Source: an uncultured Catonella sp. (GTDB lineage Bacteria > Bacillota > Clostridia > Lachnospirales > Lachnospiraceae). Taken from it: a DNA stretch of 64,000 nucleotides. Each line of letters opens with the position of its first letter. Position 1 is the first letter of the stretch. Below the pieces are notes generated by a model, which saw nothing but the letters and a program-made list of their open reading frames with translations, was not told the origin of the DNA and searched no databases. Of the stretch, positions 55,444-64,000 are shown piece after piece. The stretch lies in the NCBI GenBank assembly GCA_916439065.1, contig CAKAGD010000001.1, positions 61,778 to 125,777 of the forward strand, in the 5' to 3' direction. The translations under genes and the position numbers were made by a program.

Positions 55444-55982
55444 ATGTTTTATGTGAGTGAAGTAAAAACTAAGGCGCCGGAGAATTTTCAGAGTGAGCTT
55501 CAGCAAAGGATTTATGAGACATTTGCAGACCTTGATATTCACTTTGAGAGGGTGGACAATGACCCTGCTATCACAATGGAGGACTGCGTTTTAATTAATG
55601 AGAGACTTAATATGAAGACGGTAAAACCCTGTTTTTATGCAATAGGCAGCAGACTAACTTCTATCTCTTTGTAACCCTTGACGGCAAGCCTTTTGTAACC
55701 AAGGATTTTAGCTCTGCACTTGGAATATCAAGGGTTTCATTTGCCACGGAAGAGCTGCTATTTAGTATGCTTGGCACGAAGATTGGGGCAACAACGGTGC
55801 TTAGCAGTATTATTGACACAGAAAATAAGGTAAGGATTATATTTGACAAAGAGGTACTTGAAAATGAGTGGTATGGCTGTACCGACAGCACCACAACCAG
55901 CTATATGAAGCTTAAAACCGCAGATGTTTTGGAGAAATACATACCTTTTACAAAGCATGAGATAACAGTGATTGAGGTGTAG
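55444..55982 (+). CDS. Prolyl-tRNA editing (YbaK/ProX-associated domain) protein (one indel)
   Basis: ITMEDC, VKTLFLCNRQ (after correction), SRVSFA. Confidence 0.8.
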
Positions 55983-56038
55983 GGGAGCTGTTATTAAGAT
56001 AAAATCAGATAAGATTTCTGAGTGGACAGGAGGCTATT

Positions 56039-56848
56039 ATGGCAATCGATGGGGTAAAGATAATTGATAGTGATGACGGTTATGATATTTACAATACAGT
56101 CGTAGATAGATATAAAAATGGAGAAGATGTCGAGAAGATAATCGAAGATGTGTTAAATGATGAGAAAAATTTTTGCACAGATAGCTTTTATACAGAGATT
56201 TATTGGACAGCACTTGCTTATTCTTTGTGGAAGATAGGGCATTTACCGGAGGAAATAAAAACCAAGGCTCTTAAGATAATAGAAAATGGAGCAGATGGGT
56301 TCTGGCTTGAAATTGACTGTAAGGCAAAAAATCAAAGACAGAAAGTACTTGATAAACTGGCTGTTCAGCTGCAAAGCGAGAATCCAAAGCCTCTTAAAGT
56401 GCCAAAGGCAAAAGTAAAGAGAGAGCCGTATTTTAAGGTAGGAGATGTGGTTGCAGTTAAATTTGAAAATGAATACGGAGTGATTTTTGTTTCAGATGTT
56501 GATGTGAGTCCTCGAAAGATAGAATATCACCTTGCCTGCACAAGGCTTTTGCAAAAGGATAAGCCGACTATGGAGGATTTTTTTAACAGCGAAATTGCCT
56601 GTAAGATGTGTAACACAAAATATGCACTTGATACTGACTGTTGGTTTAATCACAAGGATTTGGGGCTTTTACTTGATAAGCTTTACAAAATAGGAGAAGT
56701 TGTATTGGAGGACTATATTTTGGGTATGTTGGCACCGGCACATACCCTGGATGATATATACGAGGAAATTACGGCTGATAAAGAAATATGGCATCTTAGG
56801 TTTAAGGATACTTATTATCTTATAAAAGATATGAAAGTAAGTAGCTGA
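56039..56848 (+). CDS. Hypothetical protein, candidate immunity-type
   Basis: AGGAGG RBS; MAIDGVKIIDSD...YWTALAYSLWKIG...FKVGDV. Confidence 0.75.
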   Translation: MAIDGVKIIDSDDGYDIYNTVVDRYKNGEDVEKIIEDVLNDEKNFCTDSFYTEIYWTALAYSLWKIGHLPEEIKTKALKIIENGADGFWLEIDCKAKNQRQKVLDKLAVQLQSENPKPLKVPKAKVKREPYFKVGDVVAVKFENEYGVIFVSDVDVSPRKIEYHLACTRLLQKDKPTMEDFFNSEIACKMCNTKYALDTDCWFNHKDLGLLLDKLYKIGEVVLEDYILGMLAPAHTLDDIYEEITADKEIWHLRFKDTYYLIKDMKVSS

Positions 56849-56900
56849 GTTACAAAGGTAAACATTTATCCTAAATACATCAATTAAATGGAGTAAGCTT

Positions 56901-57588
56901 ATGTCAAAATATAAATATTTGCTGTGGGACATAGACGGCACTATACTTAACTTTGAGAAAGCAGAGAAGAGGGCGATAAGGACTTTGTTTGAGAAGTTTA
57001 ACCTCGGTGAGTGTACAGATGAAATGCTATCCTGCTATATCCAAATAAACAAGAAATACTGGAAACTCTTAGAATGTGGCGAGATGGAAAAGGAGAGGAT
57101 TCTGGTAGAGAGGTTTGTGGAATTCTTTGAAAAAGAGGGAATAAGGACTGATGTTGCCTCTGAATTTAACAAGGCATATCAGCTTGCCCTCGGAGATACT
57201 ATAGCATTTAATGATGATGCCCTTGATATAATAAAGGCTCAGAAGAAGAATTATCAAATTATCATTGTGACCAATGGGACCGCCATTGCTCAGAAAGAAG
57301 TTAGAGCGTTCAGGTCTTGATAAAATAGCTGACAATATTTTTATATCAGAGGAAGTTGGCTATGAAAAGCCTAGCATACATTTTTTTGAGAGGGTAAAAG
57401 CTAAGGCAGGAATAGATGATGTAAGTCAGGCGGTTATTATAGGGGATTCGCTTACAAGTGATATACAGGGTGGTGTTAATGCAGGCATTGACACCTGTTG
57501 GTACAACCCTAAGGAAGATGTAAATGATACCAATCTTAAGCCAACTTATATAATCAAAAATTTGCACGAGCTTTGCGAGATAGTATAG
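56901..57588 (+). CDS. YjjG-family HAD pyrimidine nucleotidase (one indel)
   Basis: WDIDGTILNF, VTNG, ISEEVGYEKP, IGDSLTSDIQGG. Confidence 0.9.
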
Positions 57589-57599
57589 GAGGAAGCAGA

Positions 57600-58046
57600 A
57601 TGAGAGCTGAAGTATTTCCACTTGAGAAGATAAAGCTTGATGACAAAGAAATTTTACTTGGAATGAAAGCAGATAAGGTGCAGGAGCTGCTTGGGAAACC
57701 AGACAGTATTTTTCAGAATTATGGGGGAGATTCCTATAGGCATTTTTATTTTAATAGTGAATTAGGACTCGATTTTGATAAAGATGGTAAACTGGAATTC
57801 ATTGAGTTTCTTGCAGGAATTGAGGGTATTCTCAGACCGTATATCTATGGCATATCAGTTTTTGAAACAGATGCAGATGAATTGATTGAGATAATTGCAG
57901 AACATGACAGGGAAGTTGATGACAGCGAGGCAGGATTTTGTTATTCTTTTCTAAATGTAAGTATAGGATTGTGGCGTGAAAATGATGAAGAAAAACATTG
58001 GGATACAATTGGTATCGGTATGAGGGACTACTATAAATATGAATAA
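57600..58046 (+). CDS. Hypothetical protein
   Basis: AGGAGG RBS; LEFIEF, WDTIGIG. Confidence 0.72.
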   Translation: MRAEVFPLEKIKLDDKEILLGMKADKVQELLGKPDSIFQNYGGDSYRHFYFNSELGLDFDKDGKLEFIEFLAGIEGILRPYIYGISVFETDADELIEIIAEHDREVDDSEAGFCYSFLNVSIGLWRENDEEKHWDTIGIGMRDYYKYE

Positions 58047-58458
58047 TATAATACAGAATATAACCATAGAAAATAAAAGAATCGACAAAGATAAATTCTT
58101 TATGGTGGGATATTGTCCGGAGATTGAAAAACATTTGCTCTGTGTGCATATTTCATGGGTAGCGGGCTATTACAGATATTATGTATTGGATGAGGAAGAT
58201 ACAGAAATATATGAAAAAGAGCCGGAAGAATTTTATAGGAAATATGAAAAAGAAATTAAAGCAGTCAGGACAAAGAAACTGATTGGCGCAGGGGCTTTGA
58301 GGGATTATGATTTTAGAAGTATTCCTGATGAAGTATTAAAAGATTTGGATAAATATCCTCCGTTTGAGGGATATTTCTATCAGGATGGAATACTTTATGC
58401 GAGGGTAAAGATTGAGGAGAGGTATGTAAGCCTTCCACCTATTTATGATGAAGAGTGA
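58039..58458 (+). CDS. Hypothetical protein
   Basis: Overlaps the upstream stop; intact. Confidence 0.72.
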   Translation: MNNIIQNITIENKRIDKDKFFMVGYCPEIEKHLLCVHISWVAGYYRYYVLDEEDTEIYEKEPEEFYRKYEKEIKAVRTKKLIGAGALRDYDFRSIPDEVLKDLDKYPPFEGYFYQDGILYARVKIEERYVSLPPIYDEE

Positions 58459-58777
58459 AAATATGGATAATACTGATATACTTTATTTAAAACAAAAACT
58501 TGAATCAATAGATTGGAACGCTGATTTTGAAAAAGCGGACAAGGAAAACTATGAGGTTTTGGATAGCTTATGTGAATACATAGAAAAAGAGCTTGTTAAT
58601 AATTCAAAATCAGAAACGATAGAGGCTGCTCTATTACTTCTTGCTGAAAATGTGGGTTGTGCAGAGGATTTTGAAAGATATGAAGTAAATTTTGTAAACA
58701 GGCTGGTGGATGAGGGGTTGCTTTCAAAGGAGAGAGCTAAGTTATTTTATAACAATACAAATAGGAGACAGGGGTAG
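58445..58777 (+). CDS. Small acidic helical hypothetical protein
   Basis: Intact ORF coupled to neighbours. Confidence 0.68.
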   Translation: MMKSENMDNTDILYLKQKLESIDWNADFEKADKENYEVLDSLCEYIEKELVNNSKSETIEAALLLLAENVGCAEDFERYEVNFVNRLVDEGLLSKERAKLFYNNTNRRQG

Positions 58778-58779
58778 AT

Positions 58780-59841
58780 GTGATGGGAGTTTTGTTTTCA
58801 GAAGATAGAATTGATTTTAGAGGAAAGCTAACAACTGGTGAAATAAAGCAAATTGTTAGAAGTGGTGGTGCAGATACTTTGCAGACAGACACACTTCCTT
58901 TAGATATATCTACCCTGCAAAGGCTAAATGAGGAATATTTTGCTAAATATCCGCACACCGAGTTTCGTATTTACACATATGGAAGCTGTGATTTAAGCCT
59001 TCTTAAAGTTATGGATAAAGTAAGAAAATTATCTATAGAAGCTTCCTCGGGGATATTGGGGATTGATGCAATTTATCAACTGCCTGCACTAAAGCATCTA
59101 TGTGTGGAAACACCTAAGATAGAGGATAAGGATTTCCTTGTTAAAATTCCTGCTTCTTTAGAAAGCCTTGACTTGGATATTGCAGCCAAATCCTTTGATT
59201 TGAAGCCTTTAACAAGGTTTACCGAATTAAAAGTCTTAGGCTTACATAAGTGTAAAAAAAATATAGAGGCAATTTCAGAGTTAAAGCAGTTACAAAGCCT
59301 GAAATTACACGGGATTACCCCAGATTCATATTCATTTGTAAATGAGCTGCCAAGGCTTAAAAATCTGGCGATTTCAGGCGGTAATACCGGGGATTTGTCT
59401 GAACTTTATGGAAATAAGACGATTACCGGCTTATACCTGTTTCATCTACCTAAAATGAATGACCTTGATATACTTGCAAACCTGCGTAATTTGGAAGCTG
59501 CAGAAGTGTGTCAGCTTGCAAATGTAAGTAAACTTCCTGATTTGTGCAAGTCGAAATTACAGCATTTATGCTTTGAAAATATGAAAAACCTCTTAGATTT
59601 TAAGCCATTACAATTTGCACCCGCACTAAAGACTGCCGCTGAAACAGTATGCCCTGCTGCCATTACGGCAGATACCATACTTCCTGTTATGCTAAATCTT
59701 AAGACCAAGCAATGTGCATTTTTTACAAGCAGCTCTAAGAAGAACAAAGAGTTTGAGAAATTGGCTTCTAAGTACGATAAGAAATATGAGGCAAATACCC
59801 ACATAGTAAGACAGATTATATTCCCTGATGGAAGGATGTAG
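58780..59841 (+). CDS. Leucine-rich repeat protein
   Basis: LPALKHLCV, LKQLQSLKL, LPRLKNLAI, LRNLEA repeats. Confidence 0.85.
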   Translation: MMGVLFSEDRIDFRGKLTTGEIKQIVRSGGADTLQTDTLPLDISTLQRLNEEYFAKYPHTEFRIYTYGSCDLSLLKVMDKVRKLSIEASSGILGIDAIYQLPALKHLCVETPKIEDKDFLVKIPASLESLDLDIAAKSFDLKPLTRFTELKVLGLHKCKKNIEAISELKQLQSLKLHGITPDSYSFVNELPRLKNLAISGGNTGDLSELYGNKTITGLYLFHLPKMNDLDILANLRNLEAAEVCQLANVSKLPDLCKSKLQHLCFENMKNLLDFKPLQFAPALKTAAETVCPAAITADTILPVMLNLKTKQCAFFTSSSKKNKEFEKLASKYDKKYEANTHIVRQIIFPDGRM

Positions 59842-59872
59842 CAGGCAAGGTTAGCTTAACAACTCTTGCCTG
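59813..59872 (+). repeat. 60-bp direct repeat, copy A (LRR gene 3' end plus hairpin)
   Basis: 56/60 identical to 61254-61313; caggcaag/cttgcctg stem. Confidence 0.9.
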
Positions 59873-59938
59873 AGACTTCCACAGTTTCAATCTGTTATTA
59901 TTATATAATCAGAGGGCTAAACGGTCAATACAATCATA

Positions 59939-60064
59939 ATAGCCGACTGAGATGATAACATCGAGGTTATAATACTTAGTCTTGTATTTTTTTCCATCAG
60001 AAGCAGTTGTCAAGAAATCCTTGATAACTGAGTCCTTATTTAGCTCACCTTCTTTGAAACAATT
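59939..60064 (-). pseudogene. Internal fragment of a RhuM-family gene
   Basis: NCFKEGELNKDSVIKDFLTTASDGKKYKTKYYNLDVIISVGY. Confidence 0.75.
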
Positions 60065-60219
60065 TTCGTAATTAAATAAAAGGGCTGATTTAAAATCTTT
60101 TTGTTATAAATGGTAAAATAAAGTGTCAGTATAAACGAGTAAAAATGTACACAAAACAATAAAAGTATGTTATCATAAATTCGACCAAAAACTATGATAG
60201 GAGACAGGGGTAGAATAAT

Positions 60220-61234
60220 ATGAAGATAAACTTAGACAAGATTTCTGAATGGACATTTCCGGGATTTAAGCTGGGAAGTCTGGCATATCAGTACGCACCT
60301 ATAAATGCCAAAAATCACTTTGCAAGAGGAAAAGATGAATTTGTTATCTGGTGCAGCAATGATGGAGGAAACGATGGTATTCTCCTGATAAAGGGTGAGC
60401 AGAGTACATTTATACCTTCTCCTGTACAAAAGAAAAAATGGAACAATCCTTTGTTGCTTGATGCAGGCTCCGACATTTTAATTGCCTGCGGAGAAGATGG
60501 AGAAGTTCTTAGATTATCTGATTCGGGAGAAATACATAAGGTAGAAAGTAAGAATAAATGTGCAGGTGAGTATATAACAGAAATTTCTACGCTTTCAGAA
60601 AAAGGAAAATTCCCTGTTATCTGCCGGGTGGGTGGAGATGTTTGTGCGGCAAACAGCTTTACATTTTTTTAATTATGACAGAGAAACCAACACACTTTGC
60701 TGGGATAGTTCCTTAACTCCTGTGTTTACAGAGGAAAAGGTAAGGAAGAGATTTATGGAATCCTTAGAAAAGGCAGATGGTGTTTATCATAAAATGGATT
60801 TTAACTACTCTTATCCGCAGATAGGCAGCCTTATGATAAAGGATGAGGCGATTTATGCCTTCATAGAAGCTGATATAATTAACCCTTGCGGCCTATCTCA
60901 ATTTAAGTATTATTGGTATGTGGAAATTACTAAAGACGGGATTTACAAAAAGAAAATCTGGGGAAATGAAAAACTTGCAAAGCTTCCCGGTAAGCATGGT
61001 ATGAGAGGGAAATTCAGTGCTGATAAAGAATATCTTATTTTATCACCTGTATTTAAGACAGACGAATGGAAGGGAAAACAAAAATTGCTTAGACTATCTG
61101 ACAATGAACTTCTTGATGTTACATTTCCAAGGGGTTTTACAAAATACAGGATAATGGATGTTTTAGAAAACAGTGTATTTATCAGTGATGAGACGGAGAA
61201 TCTTGTGCTTTGTAAAATGACAGTAAAGGAGTAA
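60220..61234 (+). CDS. Hypothetical beta-rich protein (one indel near 60665)
   Basis: Two overlapping ORFs that join at a T-run. Confidence 0.7.
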
Positions 61235-61253
61235 ACAGTAGGTTGAATATTAG

Positions 61254-61313
61254 AGATTATATTTCCTGATGGAAGGATGTAGCAGGCAAGGTTAACCTAT
61301 CAACTCTTGCCTG
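61254..61313 (+). repeat. 60-bp direct repeat, copy B
   Basis: 56/60 identical to 59813-59872. Confidence 0.9.
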
Positions 61314-61383
61314 TGGTTTTCGCAAATTTTGCGACAGCCACTTGATTATCCAATACCTCTTTCAATGCATTATTGATATATTT

Positions 61384-61725
61384 TTAAAGAATCGACTTAA
61401 TCCAATCGTACACTTGCTTGGCAAATTTTGACTCATCAATTTCTCCAGGAAGTACTAATGTTATACGGCTTACGGTTAATGAATAACCACTATTAAAAAT
61501 CAGTAAAAATGGGCCTTCCCCAGACGCTTTATCAATATAAAAACCCTTTTCATCCATTAGCTGAAACATCTCTTCATTTCGGGAAATAAAAATATCCGTT
61601 GTTTCATCTTCATTATCAATAACAATGTATGGATTATTCCAGAACGGAATACTCTCTTTAATTTTTTTGGTAAAAGCATCCTGGCTTTTATTCGTATATA
61701 AGATATAATCAACACCAGTAATCAT
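61384..61725 (-). CDS. Hypothetical protein, candidate immunity protein
   Basis: 113-aa intact ORF with AGGTGA RBS. Confidence 0.68.
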   Translation of the reverse strand: MITGVDYILYTNKSQDAFTKKIKESIPFWNNPYIVIDNEDETTDIFISRNEEMFQLMDEKGFYIDKASGEGPFLLIFNSGYSLTVSRITLVLPGEIDESKFAKQVYDWIKSIL

Positions 61726-61783
61726 AAATTCACCTACTTATACTAAGATTTATTGAAACCTGTCACTCCACGCACATATGTCG

Positions 61784-62005
61784 CTATCTTATGTTTTTCT
61801 CAACCTCCTTTTCTTTCATCAACTCCTGCATGCGGATATAATATTCCAAAAATCTAAATACATACGGTGGTGCATTTCTATGTCCTAACTCCCATTCTGT
61901 CACCGTTCTGTAAGGAATATCAAATTGCTCACAAAACTCTTTTCTATTAAGCCCTGTAGATTCCCGCAGTTCTCTCATCCTATTCTGAAATGTCTTTTCT
62001 TTCAT
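61784..62005 (-). CDS. Xre-family helix-turn-helix protein
   Basis: LRESTGLNRKEF...IPYRTVTEWELG; AAGGAGG RBS, TATAAT upstream. Confidence 0.85.
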   Translation of the reverse strand: MKEKTFQNRMRELRESTGLNRKEFCEQFDIPYRTVTEWELGHRNAPPYVFRFLEYYIRMQELMKEKEVEKNIR

Positions 62006-62301
62006 AGTAGGCCTCCTTTACTCATTGAGTAAATTATAACACATTTCGTAATTAAATAAAAGGGTTTATTAAAAGTTTTTCGGAAAGCACTGGAATTTCG
62101 CCTTCTATGTTATAACCAGTCGTAGGGTTAACGGACATAATAAAGCTTATCCCCAGAGTAGTTAGTCCTTTTGGGTAGTTAAATGATAAGGGGCATAGCA
62201 ATACCGTTTTGTGCATATAAATAGTGACTTTAGTTAAGATTAGTGTTAAAATTATGGCAACACACGGTGATACTTTTATTATTAAATGAAAGGACAGTAA
62301 T

Positions 62302-63159
62302 ATGGTAAGAGCTTATCCACTTATACTTGAAGGTGTTCATTTTAGACACCATGGCATAATAGGTATCTATCAAATAAAAGAAAAGATTGCAGTCCTACAC
62401 GATGCATTTGGCTCTGTGCCGGAGGAACAGCCGGCTGATGATAAAAGAAAGCCAAACTATATTATGTTGGATATGTTTTCAAAGGATTTTAAGGAACATA
62501 GTAAAGCTCATTTATGTTATTATCAGGAGGAATTCTTTTCTGCCTTGGACGCTCTGCTGTATGAAGATGGCGGAAGATTTATATTAAATACAAAGAAGTA
62601 CAAGGGATATATAGCTACAATAGAAAAGCTTATTGAAGTTTCGGATACAGCCTTGGTTGAAATAGGACAGTCACCGGAGCCGGTCAAGGAAATATATAAT
62701 GATAGCAAAAATTATAGATTCGGGGACTTGGAAGTGTATATGCATTCTCCATTTATTATGGCTTGTAGAGATATTCACTCAGGAGAGCTTGTCTGGAAAA
62801 CAAAAACAGGCGGATATTTATATACGGAAGTAAAGGAAGAAAACGGTATTATTTATTTTGGAACTGATGGCAATGGCGGCAAGTTCTTCGCTCTTAATTT
62901 GCAAGATGGCAGTATAAAGTATCGTTATAACACAAGAGGAACTTCAAATTTTATATTTTATAAAGATTATGTCTTACTATCGAATGAAAAGAATAGACCG
63001 ATTTTAATAAAACGAAATAATGGCTCGTTATTTAAGGAGGTAGAGTTTGAAAAATATATAATAACCGCATATCAGCAAATGATTATTGTAAATGATAATT
63101 TGTATGTTATTGCATCTAAAAAGGATACTATTTATGCAGTATGTACCGGATTGGCTTAA
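62302..63159 (+). CDS. Hypothetical protein with C-terminal PQQ-like beta-propeller repeats
   Basis: SGELVWK, IIYFGTDG..GKFFALNLQDGSIKY. Confidence 0.72.
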   Translation: MVRAYPLILEGVHFRHHGIIGIYQIKEKIAVLHDAFGSVPEEQPADDKRKPNYIMLDMFSKDFKEHSKAHLCYYQEEFFSALDALLYEDGGRFILNTKKYKGYIATIEKLIEVSDTALVEIGQSPEPVKEIYNDSKNYRFGDLEVYMHSPFIMACRDIHSGELVWKTKTGGYLYTEVKEENGIIYFGTDGNGGKFFALNLQDGSIKYRYNTRGTSNFIFYKDYVLLSNEKNRPILIKRNNGSLFKEVEFEKYIITAYQQMIIVNDNLYVIASKKDTIYAVCTGLA

Positions 63160-63179
63160 ATGTAAATAAGGAGAATCAA

Positions 63180-63614
63180 TTGGACGAAAAAGAATTAAAA
63201 CAACATTTATCGGCGTTAGTTTTGGAATTTGCAACAAAAATGAATGAAATAGAAACTGATATTTATCTAAAGTCAGAAGAAGACGAAGATGATGAGAAAG
63301 ACTGGTTTGAGGAATATAACAAGAGGTACCGCCCTGTTTTTGAAGCTTATTGTACGGATAAAAAGCGTGTTTATGGTGGAAATCCCCGCAGCTTTGGCTG
63401 CCCTCCGGAATATTTAGGGATTGAATCTGCATACGAAACAAAAGTTGAGTTTAAAAATGAGCGTAAAGCAGAAGTTATCTTTAAGACAGAAACTAAAGAA
63501 TTTGGTGATACAGGCTATTTATTCGTTGTTGTTAAAAAGAAAACCGGCTGGAAAATTGACAGTTATAAAAGATGGAGTAACTGGAAGAAAAAGTGGGTAA
63601 ATGGGATTTTGTAG
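63180..63614 (+). CDS. NTF2-fold immunity protein-like
   Basis: YCTDKKRVYG...SFGCPPEY...YLFVVVKKKTGWKID; TTG start after AAGGAG. Confidence 0.7.
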   Translation: MDEKELKQHLSALVLEFATKMNEIETDIYLKSEEDEDDEKDWFEEYNKRYRPVFEAYCTDKKRVYGGNPRSFGCPPEYLGIESAYETKVEFKNERKAEVIFKTETKEFGDTGYLFVVVKKKTGWKIDSYKRWSNWKKKWVNGIL

Positions 63615-63704
63615 ATGCAGGAACATACCTCACTCTTTTCATCCATTTGCTGAAACATCTCTTATATGAAGCCAGCCATTACACGCATATAAGCCCTTCT
63701 CCGC

Positions 63705-63732
63705 CACTGTATACAAGACTTTGTATACAGTG
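63705..63732. terminator. Hairpin between convergent genes
   Basis: cactgtatacaa / ttgtatacagtg perfect 12-bp stem. Confidence 0.6.
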
Positions 63733-63761
63733 ATGGAGAGGACATAATTAGTACATCATAT

Positions 63762-64000
63762 TTATTCTATCAGCTTGTTGTAGTACTTTTCTAACTGTTT
63801 AACATTTGCGGCTCTTTTCAGAGAATCAGCATCATTTTTGTCTGTATAAGCAAGCCACTTTCTATATAATGGGTGTAATATCTGCTGCCCCTCTTTTGTT
63901 AAATCGTTATTTGTGTATGATAGCTTTATGATTCTTCCCTCAGAATCAAGAGGGTTCACCTTTAGCAGCTTTTTTTCGTAAGCAAACCGCAGAAAAGTAA
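63762..64000 (-). CDS. Hypothetical protein, 5' end outside window
   Basis: ...NDLTKEGQQI...KWLAYTDK...LEKYYNKLIE*. Confidence 0.6.
   Translation of the reverse strand, partial: TFLRFAYEKKLLKVNPLDSEGRIIKLSYTNNDLTKEGQQILHPLYRKWLAYTDKNDADSLKRAANVKQLEKYYNKLIE

Noticed and set aside
62100..62260. Possible structured ncRNA in the divergent spacer
   Set aside because: Only short imperfect stems and no recognisable riboswitch or RNA motif
12458..64000. Prophage, ICE or IS element
   Set aside because: No structural, conjugation, relaxase, integrase or transposase ORF recognised

Overview
Low-GC Firmicute chromosome origin region, with a Clostridia/Lachnospiraceae-like gene set (inferred). Bases 1-12.5 kb hold the conserved core cluster: gyrB-recF-yaaA-dnaN-[oriC]-dnaA on the minus strand, and rpmH-rnpA-yidD-yidC-jag-(inserted AAA ATPase)-mnmE on the plus strand. 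The usual next genes (mnmG-rsmG-parA-parB) are absent from the window. Instead more than 51 kb of accessory DNA follows mnmE, about 65 mostly short genes, the first ~45 all on the plus strand. These are enriched in toxin-free immunity-type proteins (SMI1/KNR4, ankyrin, LRR, DUF2262-, DUF6892- and NTF2-fold-like), GNATs, an antitoxin whose toxin is truncated and a lantibiotic immunity/sensing operon with no biosynthesis genes. The array is punctuated by (i) four perfect, one variant and one half parS palindromes, (ii) six copies of a modular, nested palindromic element with ~20-bp terminal inverted repeats, co-varying stems and conserved bulged bases, and (iii) many gene remnants, a mosaic three-gene duplication and short direct repeats, which together point to frequent gene gain and loss. 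No integrase, transposase, CRISPR array or RNA gene was recognised. Many genes, including essential ones, carry single-base indels in homopolymer runs; these are most likely sequencing errors. Protein family calls come from motif recognition by eye, not database searches.
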